Assembly (NCBI RefSeq): GCF_001194135.2
Contig: NC_068996.1
Span: 12,591,381 to 12,637,804 of the forward strand
Source of the DNA: Octopus bimaculoides
Lineage: Eukaryota
DNA: 46,424 nucleotides
Direction of reading: 5' to 3'
Shown: positions 9,700 through 22,009 of the stretch, one piece after another
How positions within the stretch are numbered: the stretch's first letter is position 1
How the letters are laid out: every line of letters begins with the position of its first letter
Made by a program: the position numbers and the translations under genes
The notes under the pieces: model-generated
The model's input: only the letters and a program-made list of their open reading frames with translations
The model's database searches: none
What the model was told of the DNA's origin: nothing

Positions 9700-10340
9700 C
9701 AATAAATTGGCAGATTTATATAACATGACATGTATCACCAAGTAATCTTTCAGGCTAAGTCCTATCATTAAATGTATTTATAACCAAGATACTGGTCTTT
9801 GAGAAACAAGAAGAAGCAGAAACACGAAGAAGGTTGATACAAAAAGTGGAACAAGAAAGAAAGAAAGAAAACCAAAATATTTGTCTGACGAAATCATAAA
9901 ATCTAGCTGGTATAGAATAATATAGCAGGAATGAGGTTGAAGTCTGTGACATAGCTACTCAATCCAGAGCAAGCTGTATCCTCCTGTTCAACAAAAGAAG
10001 CTTGTCCATGTGCTTGCATTTGCTAAATATTTCAAATCTAGAATTAAGAAGTGTGTTGGAATTCATGGACCTAAAAAGAATGTGTGATCTTTAGCTATGC
10101 ATGTCTTGCAACTCTTTGATCCATTTATGTATGACATAAATTTCTCCATAATTCTCCACATGATTGTGTGTGGTCTTCAGATCCCATATATTACTGGCCA
10201 ACTTAGTGGCTTTATTTTTATTAAATGTGTCAGAAAAATAACAGTTTTAAAATTGCTGTCTGGATTGTCTCATTTCATTTGCTTACTATACCATTTTGTT
10301 TCTCATGTTTGCTCTGGCAATATTAAGTTTTCATAAAGAC
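9700..10340 (-). mobile_element. Penelope-like element relic (second type), GIY-YIG C-terminus
   Basis: Minus strand KNKATKLASNIWDLK and LLNSRFEIFSKCKHMDKLLL resemble the PLE motifs 'STELSKHIW.LK' and 'LLNKRSELISKCRH.NKFLL'. Confidence 0.7.
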
Positions 10341-10829
10341 CTATCCTCCTCAATGAAACTAAGTTCTGGAAGTGCTATGTATATTGTATATTGTGCTCAC
10401 CCCCACCCCTGAGCCAAATATCCTCCCATCATGCACTATACCAGTCTTCCCCCACTCCCCAGCTTTTGCAGACTACTCAAGTATGTTATTTTTCTCTTGT
10501 CCTCTTCTAGTCAACTGTTTCTTCATTACTATCCTGTCACTTGTTTCCCCATCCTGCCTTCTTCTGCATGTATCCCTCTATCTTCCCCAAGTCATAACCC
10601 ACTCTTCAGCCCTACCCAAATTTTTCAGTCTGTCTCCCCATTTCTTCATCTGTTCCCTGAACAATTTTGCAAACCAGCCACCCACTTCTATTCACCTTAT
10701 GTATCATGGGGCCGTCTGGTCATATCACCTCCATTATCTATCTCTTGTAGCTTCTGCTGATTATTCTCTTTTATCTCTCCTCTTCTTCTACTCAATGTGA
10801 GCAACTCCAAGAACTTGTTCAGGCCTCAA

Positions 10830-11470
10830 CTTATCTCTTACTTTAACCCTTCATCCTTTAGCATGAAGCTAACCATCTCCACTCTCAGTTGAGGGGTTTT
10901 GTCCTGCAAGTCTTTGGTGATGTCACAGCTGATAGTGCTATGTAAAAAGCACCCAGTACTTTCGGTAAATTGGTTGGCATTAATAAGAACATCCTGCTGT
11001 ATAAACCATGCATGTCAAAGCAGACAGTAGGGCTTGATGCAGTCAGTTCTCTTACTCATCAGCTGCTGTCAAACCATCTAACCCATGCCAGCATGGAAGA
11101 TGGACCTTAAATGATGATGATGATGATGATAATCCAATTATCTAATATAATTGTATCTGGAGTAGCCATGTATCTGCTCTACTACAAGACGCCTATTTCT
11201 ATTTCTTTATTATACTTTGACCTCTCAACTAGCACAAAGCCACCTCCCTCATTACTGCTCACCCTCCCAGCTGAGGGGTCTTTGTCTTGCAAGTCCCTTG
11301 GTGACCTCATTGCAGCTGGTACCATGTAAAATGCATCCAGTACACTCTGTAAAGTGGTTGGCATTAGGAAAGGCTTCCAGCTTGATGCAGTCTTCTGACT
11401 TGCTGGCTCCTATCAAACCATCTACCCGTGCCATCATGGAAAAACAGATATAAATAAAATAATGATGATG
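10830..11470 (+). mobile_element. Two RTE 3'-UTR/tail fragments (10830-11130 and 11240-11470)
   Basis: TGGTTGGCATTAGGAA.GGC.TCCAGC...ACCC.TGCCA.CATGGAA plus (GAT)n; same tail as the LINEs at 3.1 and 23.4 kb. Confidence 0.8.
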
Positions 11471-11589
11471 AAGATGAAACTATTCTGTAAAACTTCTCTA
11501 GTCCTTGTATTGTCTTCTCAATCACTGCCCTTCTGGCAAATAAATGAAATTATTACCATCATCATCATCATCTTGATTATTATTATTAT

Positions 11590-12015
11590 TAGGATACTGG
11601 ACTGGCAGGGTCATTAGAATATCAGAAAAATTGCTTAACCCTTTTGATAGCAACCTGGCTGAAACCGGCTCTGGCTCTGTATTATAAATGTCTTGTTTTC
11701 AAAAGTTCTTAGTCACAATTTATGTTCCTAACACTAGCTTAATGATAACTAAGTTATTTTACTAAATTCTTTGTTATATTTAAAATTAATTGAAAGAAAC
11801 ACAGAGCATCTCAAAAGAAATATGGGAACAAAAGGGTTAATGGTATTGTTTTGAGTTTTTATGTTCTAAGTTCAAATCCCACAGAGGTCAATTTTGCCGT
11901 TCATTCTTCAGCTGATGAAGTATCCGTGAAGTATTGGGCTGTTGGCATTGATTTATCTTCTCCCTACAAAAACTGCTGGCTTTGGATCTAAATTGGAAAC
12001 CATTTCTATATTATT

Positions 12016-12046
<31 letters not shown>

Positions 12047-12770
12047 TTATTAAGAAGCTGGTGAGCTAGCAGAATTGTTAGCACACTGGGAAAATTGCTT
12101 AGTGGCATTTTGTCCATCTGTATGCTCTGAGTTCAAATTCCACCAAGGTCGACTTTGCTTTCCATTCTTATGGGGTGGATAAAATAAGTACCAGTTGATC
12201 ATGGGGCCAATGTAATCGACTTAACCACTCCCTCAAAATTGATGACTTGTGTCAAAACTTGAAACCATTATTATTAATTTCAGGATTGTACCTATAATAA
12301 GAAGGATTCTTCTTCTTATTATTAAGGCAACAGCCAATCAGAATTGTCACCACATCATGCAAAACTCTAAGCAGCATTTTGTCTGTCTTCGTGTTCTGAG
12401 TTCAAATTTTGGTGATGTTGATTTTACCTTTCATTTCTTTCGAGTCAATGAAATAAATACCAATCAAGCACAGGGGTCAGTGTAGTTGTCTAGCCCCTCC
12501 CCTCCAAATTTTGAGCTTTGTGTATATAGTAGAAATGGTTATTATTATTATTGCTGAGGCAGTGAGCTAGCAAGGTCATTGGCACAAAGAACAAAATGCT
12601 TAGCAGCGTTCCATCCATCTTTATGTTCTGAGTTCAAACTCAGCCATGTTTGACTTTGTTTTTCATCCTTTCAAGCTTGATGAAATAAAGTACCAGTCAA
12701 GTACAAGGTTTCATGTCATTGTCTAGCCTCCTTCCCCAGCATTTCAGGCCTTTTGCCTGAAATTTGCAAG
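11590..12770 (+). mobile_element. Head-to-tail array of four SINE B1 copies separated by (ATT)n
   Basis: Copies start near 11590 (MITE-interrupted), 12053, 12320 and 12555. Confidence 0.85.
11639..11836. mobile_element. piggyBac-type MITE family P2 inserted in a SINE B1 head
   Basis: TTAA|CCCTTTTG...CAAAAGGG|TTAA. Removing it restores GCTTAATGGTATT, matching the B head GCTTAGYGGTATT. Confidence 0.85.
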
Positions 12771-13217
12771 GCAGGGGCCAGTAAAAAGGATTACTATTGT
12801 TGTTGTGGATGTTTTACCTGTTTTATCTGATTTTATATAAACACCCACACTTGGGGCAAGTAACGGGGACAGGGGGACAGTCCAGCCGGGTATTTTTGTT
12901 GTTGAACTTGTAGATGATGATGATAATGATATTAGTACAAAAGTAACAGCTGGAACATATTATTCTGAAGAAAATACAAATAAAAATCCAACCATAATAT
13001 TGATAATCTTTTCTACTATAGACACATTTTGTTGTTGTTGGTGGTAGTGGTGGTGGGGGGTGACAAGCCGATTGCATTGATCCCATCCACCAGTGCTCAA
13101 CTGGTTTTATTGACCCTGAAAGGATGAAAGGCAAAGATGACTTTGGTAGAATTTGAACTCAGAACGTAAGCACAGACGGAATACTGCTAAGCATTTTGCT
13201 GGCATGTTAATGATTCT

Positions 13218-13340
13218 TATTTCTTTATTGCCCACAAGAGGCTAAACATAGAGGGGACAAACAAGGATAGACAAAGGGATTCAGTCGATTACATTGATCC
13301 CCAGTGCGTAACTGGTACTTAATTTATTGACCCCGAAAGG
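13218..13340 (-). mobile_element. Young SINE B2, 5'-truncated, nested in a B1 head
   Basis: TSD C(A/G)TG(T/C)TAATGATTCT at 13203-13217 and 13341-13355. Confidence 0.88.
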
Positions 13341-13795
13341 CGTGCTAATGATTCTGGCAGCTTGCCGCCTTAATAATAATAATAATAATCCTTTCTACTA
13401 CAGACACAAGGCCTGAAATTTTGGGGGAGGTTGGATAGTCAATTACATCAACCCCAGTGCAAAACTGATACGTTTTTCATCAGCCCCGTAAAGATGAAAG
13501 GCAAAGTCGACCTTGGTGGAATTTGAACTCAGAACATAAATATTGAAGAAATGCCACTAAGCATTTTGCCCAGCATGCTAATGATTTGGCTAATTTGCCA
13601 CCTTAATGATAATAATAATAATAATAATAATGATTTCAAATTTTGGCACAAGGCCAGCAATTTTAGGGGAGAGGTGTATCAATTACACCAATCCCAGTGC
13701 TCAACTGGTACTTACTTTATCAACCCCAAAAAGATGAAAGGAAAAGTTGACCCCCCAGAGGAGTTTGAACTTGGAATGTAATAATAATAATAATG

Positions 13796-13916
13796 CCAAA
13801 TTAGATTGGAGCCTGGTGTAGCCATCCGGTTGCACCAGTCCTCAGTCAAATCGTCCAACCCATGCTAGCATGGAAAGCGGACGTTAAACGATGATGATGA
13901 TGATGATGATGATGAT
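13796..13916 (+). mobile_element. Short young RTE-type tail plus (GAT)n
   Basis: Nearly identical to 38085-38200; contains the palindrome CCATGCTAGCATGG. Confidence 0.85.
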
Positions 13917-14324
13917 AAGTACAAGGCCTGAAATTTTAGGGGAACTAAGAGCAAGTATATTACATTGACTTCAGTATACAACTGATACTTATTTTCTTGT
14001 CCTTGAAAGAATGAAAGGCAAGGTGGACCTCAGTGGAATTTGAACTCGGAACGTAATCATTTTGTCTGGCACGGTGACAATTCTTCCAGTTTATTACCTT
14101 TTAATTATAATAGTGATAATCCTTTTTACTATAGGCACAAGACCTAAAATTTAACGATAATAATACAAACATAACAGCAAGAACATATTTTTCTGAAGAA
14201 AATACAAATAAAATGCAAATTATAATTTCTTTTTAAATAAGTTTCTCTCTCTTTTTTTTTTCATTTACATTTTTTCAGGTTTAAACTTAATTCACTGACA
14301 TCAGTTGCTTTTCTGATTTGTTAA

Positions 14325-14687
<363 letters not shown>

Positions 14688-14689
14688 TG

Positions 14690-14691
<2 letters not shown>

Positions 14692-14735
<44 letters not shown>
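14692..14735 (+). repeat. T34 run plus short (TG)n, 18 nt downstream of the ERR donor
   Basis: Read directly from the sequence. Confidence 0.9.
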
Positions 14736-14763
14736 TTGTCTCTTAGAAAATGATGATAATAAC

Positions 14764-15075
14764 TTTTCTAGTTTAGGCCCAGGACCTGAAATTTTGGAGG
14801 AGACAGTTAGTCACACCGATCCCATTTTCAACTGGTATTTATTTGAAAAGATGAGAAGTAAAGTCTACCTCAGTGAGATTTGAACTCAGAACATAAATAT
14901 GCCTAGATGCATTTTGCCCATGGTATTTCATGTTTGCATTCTTAGTTCAAATTCCACCAAGATTGATTTTGCCTTTCATCCTTTCAGGTTTGATGGATTA
15001 AGTACCAGTTGACTGGAGTCGATGTAATCAACCAGCACTCCTGTTCCCAACATTTCAGTCCTTGTGCCTATAGTA
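14764..15075. mobile_element. Head-to-head pair of partial SINE B1 copies forming an imperfect inverted repeat
   Basis: Minus copy about 14764-14910 and plus copy about 14911-15075, ending TAGTAGAAAA. Confidence 0.8.
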
Positions 15076-15249
15076 GAAAATAATAATTTAGAAAAATGTA
15101 GATTTAACTGTAGTTTAATATTTTTTGTTCCCTCATATTTTTATTATTGAAAAGACGAAGTTGTTTTGTAGTGAATTTTGTAAAATTTTATTTCTATTTT
15201 AAACTGATGCAAAAATTTGCCTTTTGAGTTTTCTTCTATTTCTTTGTAC

Positions 15250-15660
15250 CCTTTCCATTACCCTCCTGTGTGGTTAATTTCTTCTGGTTGCTGGGTTGAT
15301 TTCATATCACCACTCTTGCGTGTACTCTTTTCCTTGTTGGCTCATTTAGTGCCTGAAGAGTTCGACATCACTGCCTTCATCTGTACTTGAACTCTGGATG
15401 TTGGTTTATGTGGTGGATGTGAAGTTCCTGTTTGAAGATATCCAAATTATGTAGGTTTCTTAAGTCTTTTGGCAGAGCGCTGAAGAGCTGTGAGTATTTG
15501 AACACTAAATTAATGCAGTACCTGGCCCTCACACATCCATATTGTGTAGGTTCCTTAATTCTTGTGGCAGAGCATTGACGACCTGTGGGCTTTTGAAATC
15601 CTAAGCTGTTGTACTATCTGAACTACAGCTTACATGGAGTGGGCAGAACCTTTGGGATAG
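15250..15660 (-). mobile_element. CR1-type LINE 3' end with a tandemly duplicated segment (period about 95 bp)
   Basis: Minus strand SPQVVNALPQELRNLHNMD followed by QLFSALPKDLRNLHNLDIFKQEL. Confidence 0.7.
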
Positions 15661-16395
15661 GAAATGATATCTGGTATGGGCATTTGTTTCAAATGATTTC
15701 ACTTTTAAAGAGATAACTAATTATAAATGCAAGTTCAGATTGTCATTTATAAGTCAATAGCACAAAACATGCTTAGAGTGAATTACCAACTAATATGCTA
15801 GAGTTATTTTTAAAATATGGATATGTAGATTCAAGACTATTTTAGGTCCAGCCAGAGTTTTAATTTAGGTCTTTGTTATTGTGACCAAGAAGTAAATTTT
15901 TGCATCAGTTTGGAATGACTGGTTGTTGTGGTAAGCAACTAATAATATGAAATTTGCAACAGATTTTATTTTTATTTTTCATGTTTCAAAAGTGTTCATT
16001 AAAAAACATATTTTCAAATGTTACGTATATACATACACACATACATACTTGCATACACATATGTGAATGTGTGTATATGTATACACTTAAACATACACAC
16101 ACACACACACACATATATATGTATATATATCTAATATATATGTATTTAAACACGCACATACATTTACATATATCTAATATATATGTACCTAAACACATAA
16201 ATAAATAACAGCAGATGGAAATTGGTTTTTTCTTTATATGGTATTTATACCATATAAATATAGTTTTTTTTATTGATGAACAGAATTATTACAGCATGCA
16301 AAAAAAAACCCGTATAAAAACGTTTTCTTCAAGTGAATATACATGAATTCAACATCTTAAAAAATACATCTAATACATATATATATATATATATA

Positions 16396-17393
16396 NNNNN
16401 NNNNNNNNNNNNNNNNNNNNNNNNNNNNNNNNNNNNNNNNNNNNNNNNNNNNNNNNNNNNNNNNNNNNNNNNNNNNNNNNNNNNNNNNNNNNNNNNNNNN
16501 NNNNNNNNNNNNNNNNNNNNNNNNNNNNNNNNNNNNNNNNNNNNNNNNNNNNNNNNNNNNNNNNNNNNNNNNNNNNNNNNNNNNNNNNNNNNNNNNNNNN
16601 NNNNNNNNNNNNNNNNNNNNNNNNNNNNNNNNNNNNNNNNNNNNNNNNNNNNNNNNNNNNNNNNNNNNNNNNNNNNNNNNNNNNNNNNNNNNNNNNNNNN
16701 NNNNNNNNNNNNNNNNNNNNNNNNNNNNNNNNNNNNNNNNNNNNNNNNNNNNNNNNNNNNNNNNNNNNNNNNNNNNNNNNNNNNNNNNNNNNNNNNNNNN
16801 NNNNNNNNNNNNNNNNNNNNNNNNNNNNNNNNNNNNNNNNNNNNNNNNNNNNNNNNNNNNNNNNNNNNNNNNNNNNNNNNNNNNNNNNNNNNNNNNNNNN
16901 NNNNNNNNNNNNNNNNNNNNNNNNNNNNNNNNNNNNNNNNNNNNNNNNNNNNNNNNNNNNNNNNNNNNNNNNNNNNNNNNNNNNNNNNNNNNNNNNNNNN
17001 NNNNNNNNNNNNNNNNNNNNNNNNNNNNNNNNNNNNNNNNNNNNNNNNNNNNNNNNNNNNNNNNNNNNNNNNNNNNNNNNNNNNNNNNNNNNNNNNNNNN
17101 NNNNNNNNNNNNNNNNNNNNNNNNNNNNNNNNNNNNNNNNNNNNNNNNNNNNNNNNNNNNNNNNNNNNNNNNNNNNNNNNNNNNNNNNNNNNNNNNNNNN
17201 NNNNNNNNNNNNNNNNNNNNNNNNNNNNNNNNNNNNNNNNNNNNNNNNNNNNNNNNNNNNNNNNNNNNNNNNNNNNNNNNNNNNNNNNNNNNNNNNNNNN
17301 NNNNNNNNNNNNNNNNNNNNNNNNNNNNNNNNNNNNNNNNNNNNNNNNNNNNNNNNNNNNNNNNNNNNNNNNNNNNNNNNNNNNNNNNNNNNN
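16396..17393. other. Assembly gap; further gaps at 19658-19739, 20855-21440, 27318-27647 and 28918-29350
   Basis: N runs, all bordered by (TA)n or (CA)n. ORFs that cross them are artefacts. Confidence 0.98.
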
Positions 17394-17432
<39 letters not shown>

Positions 17433-17992
17433 GTGTATGTGTGTGTGTATGTATATGTGAAGGTGTCCTCTCTCACACACACACACACACACTCAGTTGT
17501 ATTTAATTGCATCACCCTGGTGAGTAAAACTGATGCAGTTAACCAAATTTGCATTTTGCACGTCACTTTTAAACTATGTAGTTTATGTTTCGCCTGTATT
17601 GGTTTTATTGTGATTAAATAATTCAAGAAGAAATAAAATGATTTTGGTAGTCATTACATTATGTTTTGTTTTCTTAAAATTTGCATAAATGCCACTCATA
17701 TGGAATTTCATATCTATATATTTATGTTTATACATGTGTGTGTGTGTATATATATATATGTGTATGTATGTATGTCTAGGTAGTAGACATACAAACATCA
17801 CAAATTGAACTATTTCTTCATAGATTGAAGAACAGCCTTATTCGATTTTCGAATCTTATTGGACTCTCATCAGAGGTGTCTACATCATTTCACCAGTTCC
17901 AGAGAAATAAGCAACCAATTTGTTCATATACTCAACAAATCCAGCAGCTTCAAAAGACTAGAACAACTAATTTGTACATCAGAAGTGTTTAA

Positions 17993-18205
17993 CCCTTTAG
18001 CATTTAAACCAGCCAAATCTGACCAAAATATTCTACCTCTTCAAACTGGCCATATCCAGCATCTCTTATCTACCCTACCATGTCATTCTAAAAATAAGTA
18101 CTCACATCAGTGAAATCTCAAAGCCACAAGATAATGCTTGATTAGTTAAAAATAGCGTGGATAAATAAGCATTAAATTTGACAGAACAATATGAATGCTA
18201 AAGGG
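17993..18205. mobile_element. piggyBac-type MITE family P1
   Basis: TTAA|CCCTTTAGCATT...AATGCTAAAGGG|TTAG; 12-bp TIR. Confidence 0.85.
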
Positions 18206-18289
18206 TTAGCACATTTAATATTGGTGGCCTGTCAACAGGGAATATATGTCTACACATTATCATGGTATGACATAATATATATAAGCAAA

Positions 18290-18880
18290 GTGGTGTGTTT
18301 TTATAAAACCTTATGGAAATGCATATGAGGGAAAAATAGAATAAAATATGACATTTCCAAAGAATGATATGGATGTGGAAATGTCTAAATTTCCATTTTA
18401 TATATTCCTGTATTTCAGGATGAAAAAACTCCTTCAGGTAGCACGAAAATAGTTTTTTTGAGTCAGTTCATAATCAGCTCAGTCTGTCTTCTGGTAGGAA
18501 ATAATTGTTTAGAAGTCAATTTGACAGCTAAGTTTGGCATGTTTCTCTGTCAAGTTGAACAATCCTTTCATGGTTACAAACTGGGCCTGGTTGAGATGTA
18601 GTGATATAAGTGTTTGAAAATTTATTTAAAGCATTGTGATGTGTGAGCAAAATGGTGAATTTTAAAACAGCCTTATGGAAATGTGAGGAGTAAAACTGAA
18701 TAAAACACAGCATTTCCAAGAAATAACAGGCAAAGATGAAGAAATGTCTAAATTTCCATTTGTGTATTCCAATATTTTTGGATAAAAAGTCCTTCAAATA
18801 GTGTTAGAGGAATTCTCCAAATCTGCTCAATCTGTCTTCCAATAGAAAATTGTTTCCTGTATCATTTTATAGCTTAGCAG
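18290..18880. repeat. Old diverged direct duplication, period about 360 bp
   Basis: CCTTATGGAAATG, CATTTCCAA, GAAATGTCTAAATTTCCATTT and CTCA(G/A)TCTGTCTTC each occur twice in the same order. Confidence 0.7.
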
Positions 18881-19131
18881 TTTTCTGTTAAGGAAGGAGC
18901 ATACCATGTGTTGGCCAAGTTGCCAGTAAAATACTGCCTAGTAGGATATCAAGGTTTAAGACTCACTATTTTGCTCACACACTACAATGCTTCAAACGAA
19001 TTTCCATATCCTTTTATAATATATATGATGAAGGAAAATAGGGATTAAATTTCTTTAAGCACTCTGTAGAAATCAAGCATCAAATAAATTTGGTATATTA
19101 ATCATGGAGTATATTTGAAAAACCATAAAGT

Positions 19132-19367
19132 ATGAAGATGTTTTATCAACTATTTATTTAGCTTACATGTGTTTCAAATAACCTGGCATAACCCAAGCAC
19201 TGCATGTTGCAATATGCATATTTAATTGGTCCTTCACTTGATTGACTAAATTGCTATAGAAGTTGATCAAATGAAGGATTGATTCAATATGTATTGTGCA
19301 GTGCTTATGTTGTGCAAAACTATTCAATACATGTAAGCTGAATAAATTGTTGTTAATGCATCTTCAT
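19132..19367. mobile_element. Fold-back (long inverted-repeat) element with arms of about 110 bp
   Basis: ATGAAGATG..TTAGCTTACATGT..AAGCACTGCA..TCCTTCACTTGAT is mirrored by ATCAAATGAAGGA..TGCAGTGCTT..ACATGTAAGCTGA..CATCTTCAT around a ~13-nt loop. Confidence 0.8.
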
Positions 19368-19611
19368 TCTTTGTTTTTTTCTCTTCTAATGCACCCTGTG
19401 ATTAATACACTGAATTTAATTAGTGTTTAACCTCTGATTTACAAATTGTACCTGTTGCAGGAAATGAATAACATTGTGTATGGCTGGAATACTGTGGTAA
19501 TAACTGGACAGTTAGCTACTTTCAATTTCTACAGTGCTTAAAGAGATATTCACCTGGTTTTATTTAATCCCTATTTTCCTTCATGCATGCTCTCTCTCTC
19601 TCTCTCTTACA

Positions 19612-19657
<46 letters not shown>

Positions 19658-19739
19658 NNNNNNNNNNNNNNNNNNNNNNNNNNNNNNNNNNNNNNNNNNN
19701 NNNNNNNNNNNNNNNNNNNNNNNNNNNNNNNNNNNNNNN

Positions 19740-19792
<53 letters not shown>

Positions 19793-20687
19793 CACAAACA
19801 GCTCATACCTTAATTATGATGAGCAACTGTTTCATTAAGATAAACATCAATAAAAGTGTATAATTACATAATGGTGGTACCTAATTAATAATTTCAAATT
19901 AGATTGATTTATGCTACTTCACAATTCTATAATTATACATATAATGATGTTTAACTTAATGAAACAGCTGTTGAGCACAATTAAAGCATGAGTTGTTTGA
20001 GAAAAATTGTGCTTTTATTCTAAATATGTTACTTTGAAATATTGTTTCGGCCAATCACATAAATACATGCATGGCAGTTCCATCCAGATTTACTGTAGTC
20101 AATTAATGACCTGATATCAATTGAGATCATATTTGTGTAGATTTCTTTGGTGCTTATACCTCAATTCTCCTCACCGCTCTCCATTTCACTCTCTTTCTCT
20201 GTGTGTATGTATATACATATGTGTGTGTGTATGTGTGTGTGTGTGTGTGTGTGTATCCAGTATCAATATAAATTTCCCTCGAATACCTCTGTGTGTTTGA
20301 ATCCATACATATGGTATACTGTATTTTTTATTTATGTTATATAATTTTATGTAATTTAAATTCATATAGCAGTCAATAAAAAACAATTTTTAATAGATAC
20401 TTTTCTTTTATAGTTCTAGTAAATTCACTCTGTCTTCTATTTACTGAGTTGTACTTAATGGCATTGTAGATCAAATTACAATTCCTGAGAAGCTACATAC
20501 AACTACTAGATATTGTTAATGTAGAAAGATCTGATAAGCTTGCCTCCTCTTGACTGTAACATGGACACTGGTCAATAAAACAGGAGCCAGTGGTCTTGAA
20601 TTTACTGCTATAAATCCTCCCACATTATTCCAATGTAAACTAAATTTAGCAGAAGCATTCTGGCTTTGGAAAGAATAGCTTGGCTTT

Positions 20688-20818
20688 TTCTATGGCAATT
20701 TAGTTGATGAAATGAAGGATCAATTAAACATGCACATTGCACTGTGCACTACTTGGGTTGTGTCAAGCTATCTGAAATGCATGTTAGCTAAATAATTCAT
20801 TGATAACGCATCTTCATT
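20688..20818. mobile_element. Half copy of the 19.1-kb fold-back element
   Basis: TTGATGAAATGAAGGAT...GCATGTTAGCTAAATA...GCATCTTCATTCTTT matches one arm; the loop sequence is in the opposite orientation. Confidence 0.7.
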
Positions 20819-20821
20819 CTT

Positions 20822-20852
<31 letters not shown>

Positions 20853-21440
20853 ATNNNNNNNNNNNNNNNNNNNNNNNNNNNNNNNNNNNNNNNNNNNNNN
20901 NNNNNNNNNNNNNNNNNNNNNNNNNNNNNNNNNNNNNNNNNNNNNNNNNNNNNNNNNNNNNNNNNNNNNNNNNNNNNNNNNNNNNNNNNNNNNNNNNNNN
21001 NNNNNNNNNNNNNNNNNNNNNNNNNNNNNNNNNNNNNNNNNNNNNNNNNNNNNNNNNNNNNNNNNNNNNNNNNNNNNNNNNNNNNNNNNNNNNNNNNNNN
21101 NNNNNNNNNNNNNNNNNNNNNNNNNNNNNNNNNNNNNNNNNNNNNNNNNNNNNNNNNNNNNNNNNNNNNNNNNNNNNNNNNNNNNNNNNNNNNNNNNNNN
21201 NNNNNNNNNNNNNNNNNNNNNNNNNNNNNNNNNNNNNNNNNNNNNNNNNNNNNNNNNNNNNNNNNNNNNNNNNNNNNNNNNNNNNNNNNNNNNNNNNNNN
21301 NNNNNNNNNNNNNNNNNNNNNNNNNNNNNNNNNNNNNNNNNNNNNNNNNNNNNNNNNNNNNNNNNNNNNNNNNNNNNNNNNNNNNNNNNNNNNNNNNNNN
21401 NNNNNNNNNNNNNNNNNNNNNNNNNNNNNNNNNNNNNNNN

Positions 21441-21774
21441 TCTATATATATATATCTATATATATATATCTATATATATATATCTATATATATATATCTA
21501 TATATATATATCTATATATATATATCTATATATATATATCTATATATATCTATATATATATATCTATATATATCTATATATCTATATATAAGTTATAATT
21601 TAGAACAAACAGTAAAAGGTCCCCATTATAGTACTTGGAGTCTCGAATCTCGGAGCAAAGGGCTACGATACATTCTTGTCAGCTATTAATGACAACCTTT
21701 TACTATTTGTTCTAAATTATAACATATATAAATAATCCTCTGCTTCTAATATCGAGGTCTCATTCTGTTGTTAC

Positions 21775-21854
<80 letters not shown>

Positions 21855-21855
21855 G
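21441..21855. repeat. (TATATATATC)n-like tract followed by long (ATT)n
   Basis: Read directly: 21441-21590 and 21775-21850. Confidence 0.9.
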
Positions 21856-22009
21856 TATGTATGTATATGTAAACATCTTCTGCAAAAATTACACTCTGTT
21901 GAGTAAAAGTTTTTAGATAGTTGATAATTTAAAAAAAAAAGATCAACAAAAATATTTCTTAAATTATTGTGACTGTATCAAGTAACTGTTACAAAGTTTA
22001 TATATATAA

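Larger units (their letters stand above)
12990..14152 (-). mobile_element. Array of minus-strand SINE B1 copies separated by (AAT)n, just upstream of the ERR exon
   Basis: Copies at about 12990-13370, 13385-13605, 13635-13780 and 13918-14100, plus a tail fragment at 14121-14152. Confidence 0.85.

Noticed and set aside
12000-14150. Regularly spaced repeats resembling a CRISPR array
   Set aside because: The units are ~200-bp diverged SINEs separated by microsatellites in eukaryotic DNA; there are no unique spacers or cas genes.
15440-15604. Tandem repeats with CTGAAGA/TTGACGA...GAAA resembling hammerheads
   Set aside because: No stems form, and the minus strand translates as the CR1 C-terminal 'LPK.LRNLH' motif.
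16329-17626. Long ORFs of 375-418 aa (likewise at 20800, 27133 and 28784)
   Set aside because: They consist of N-gaps and (TA)n/(CA)n translations.
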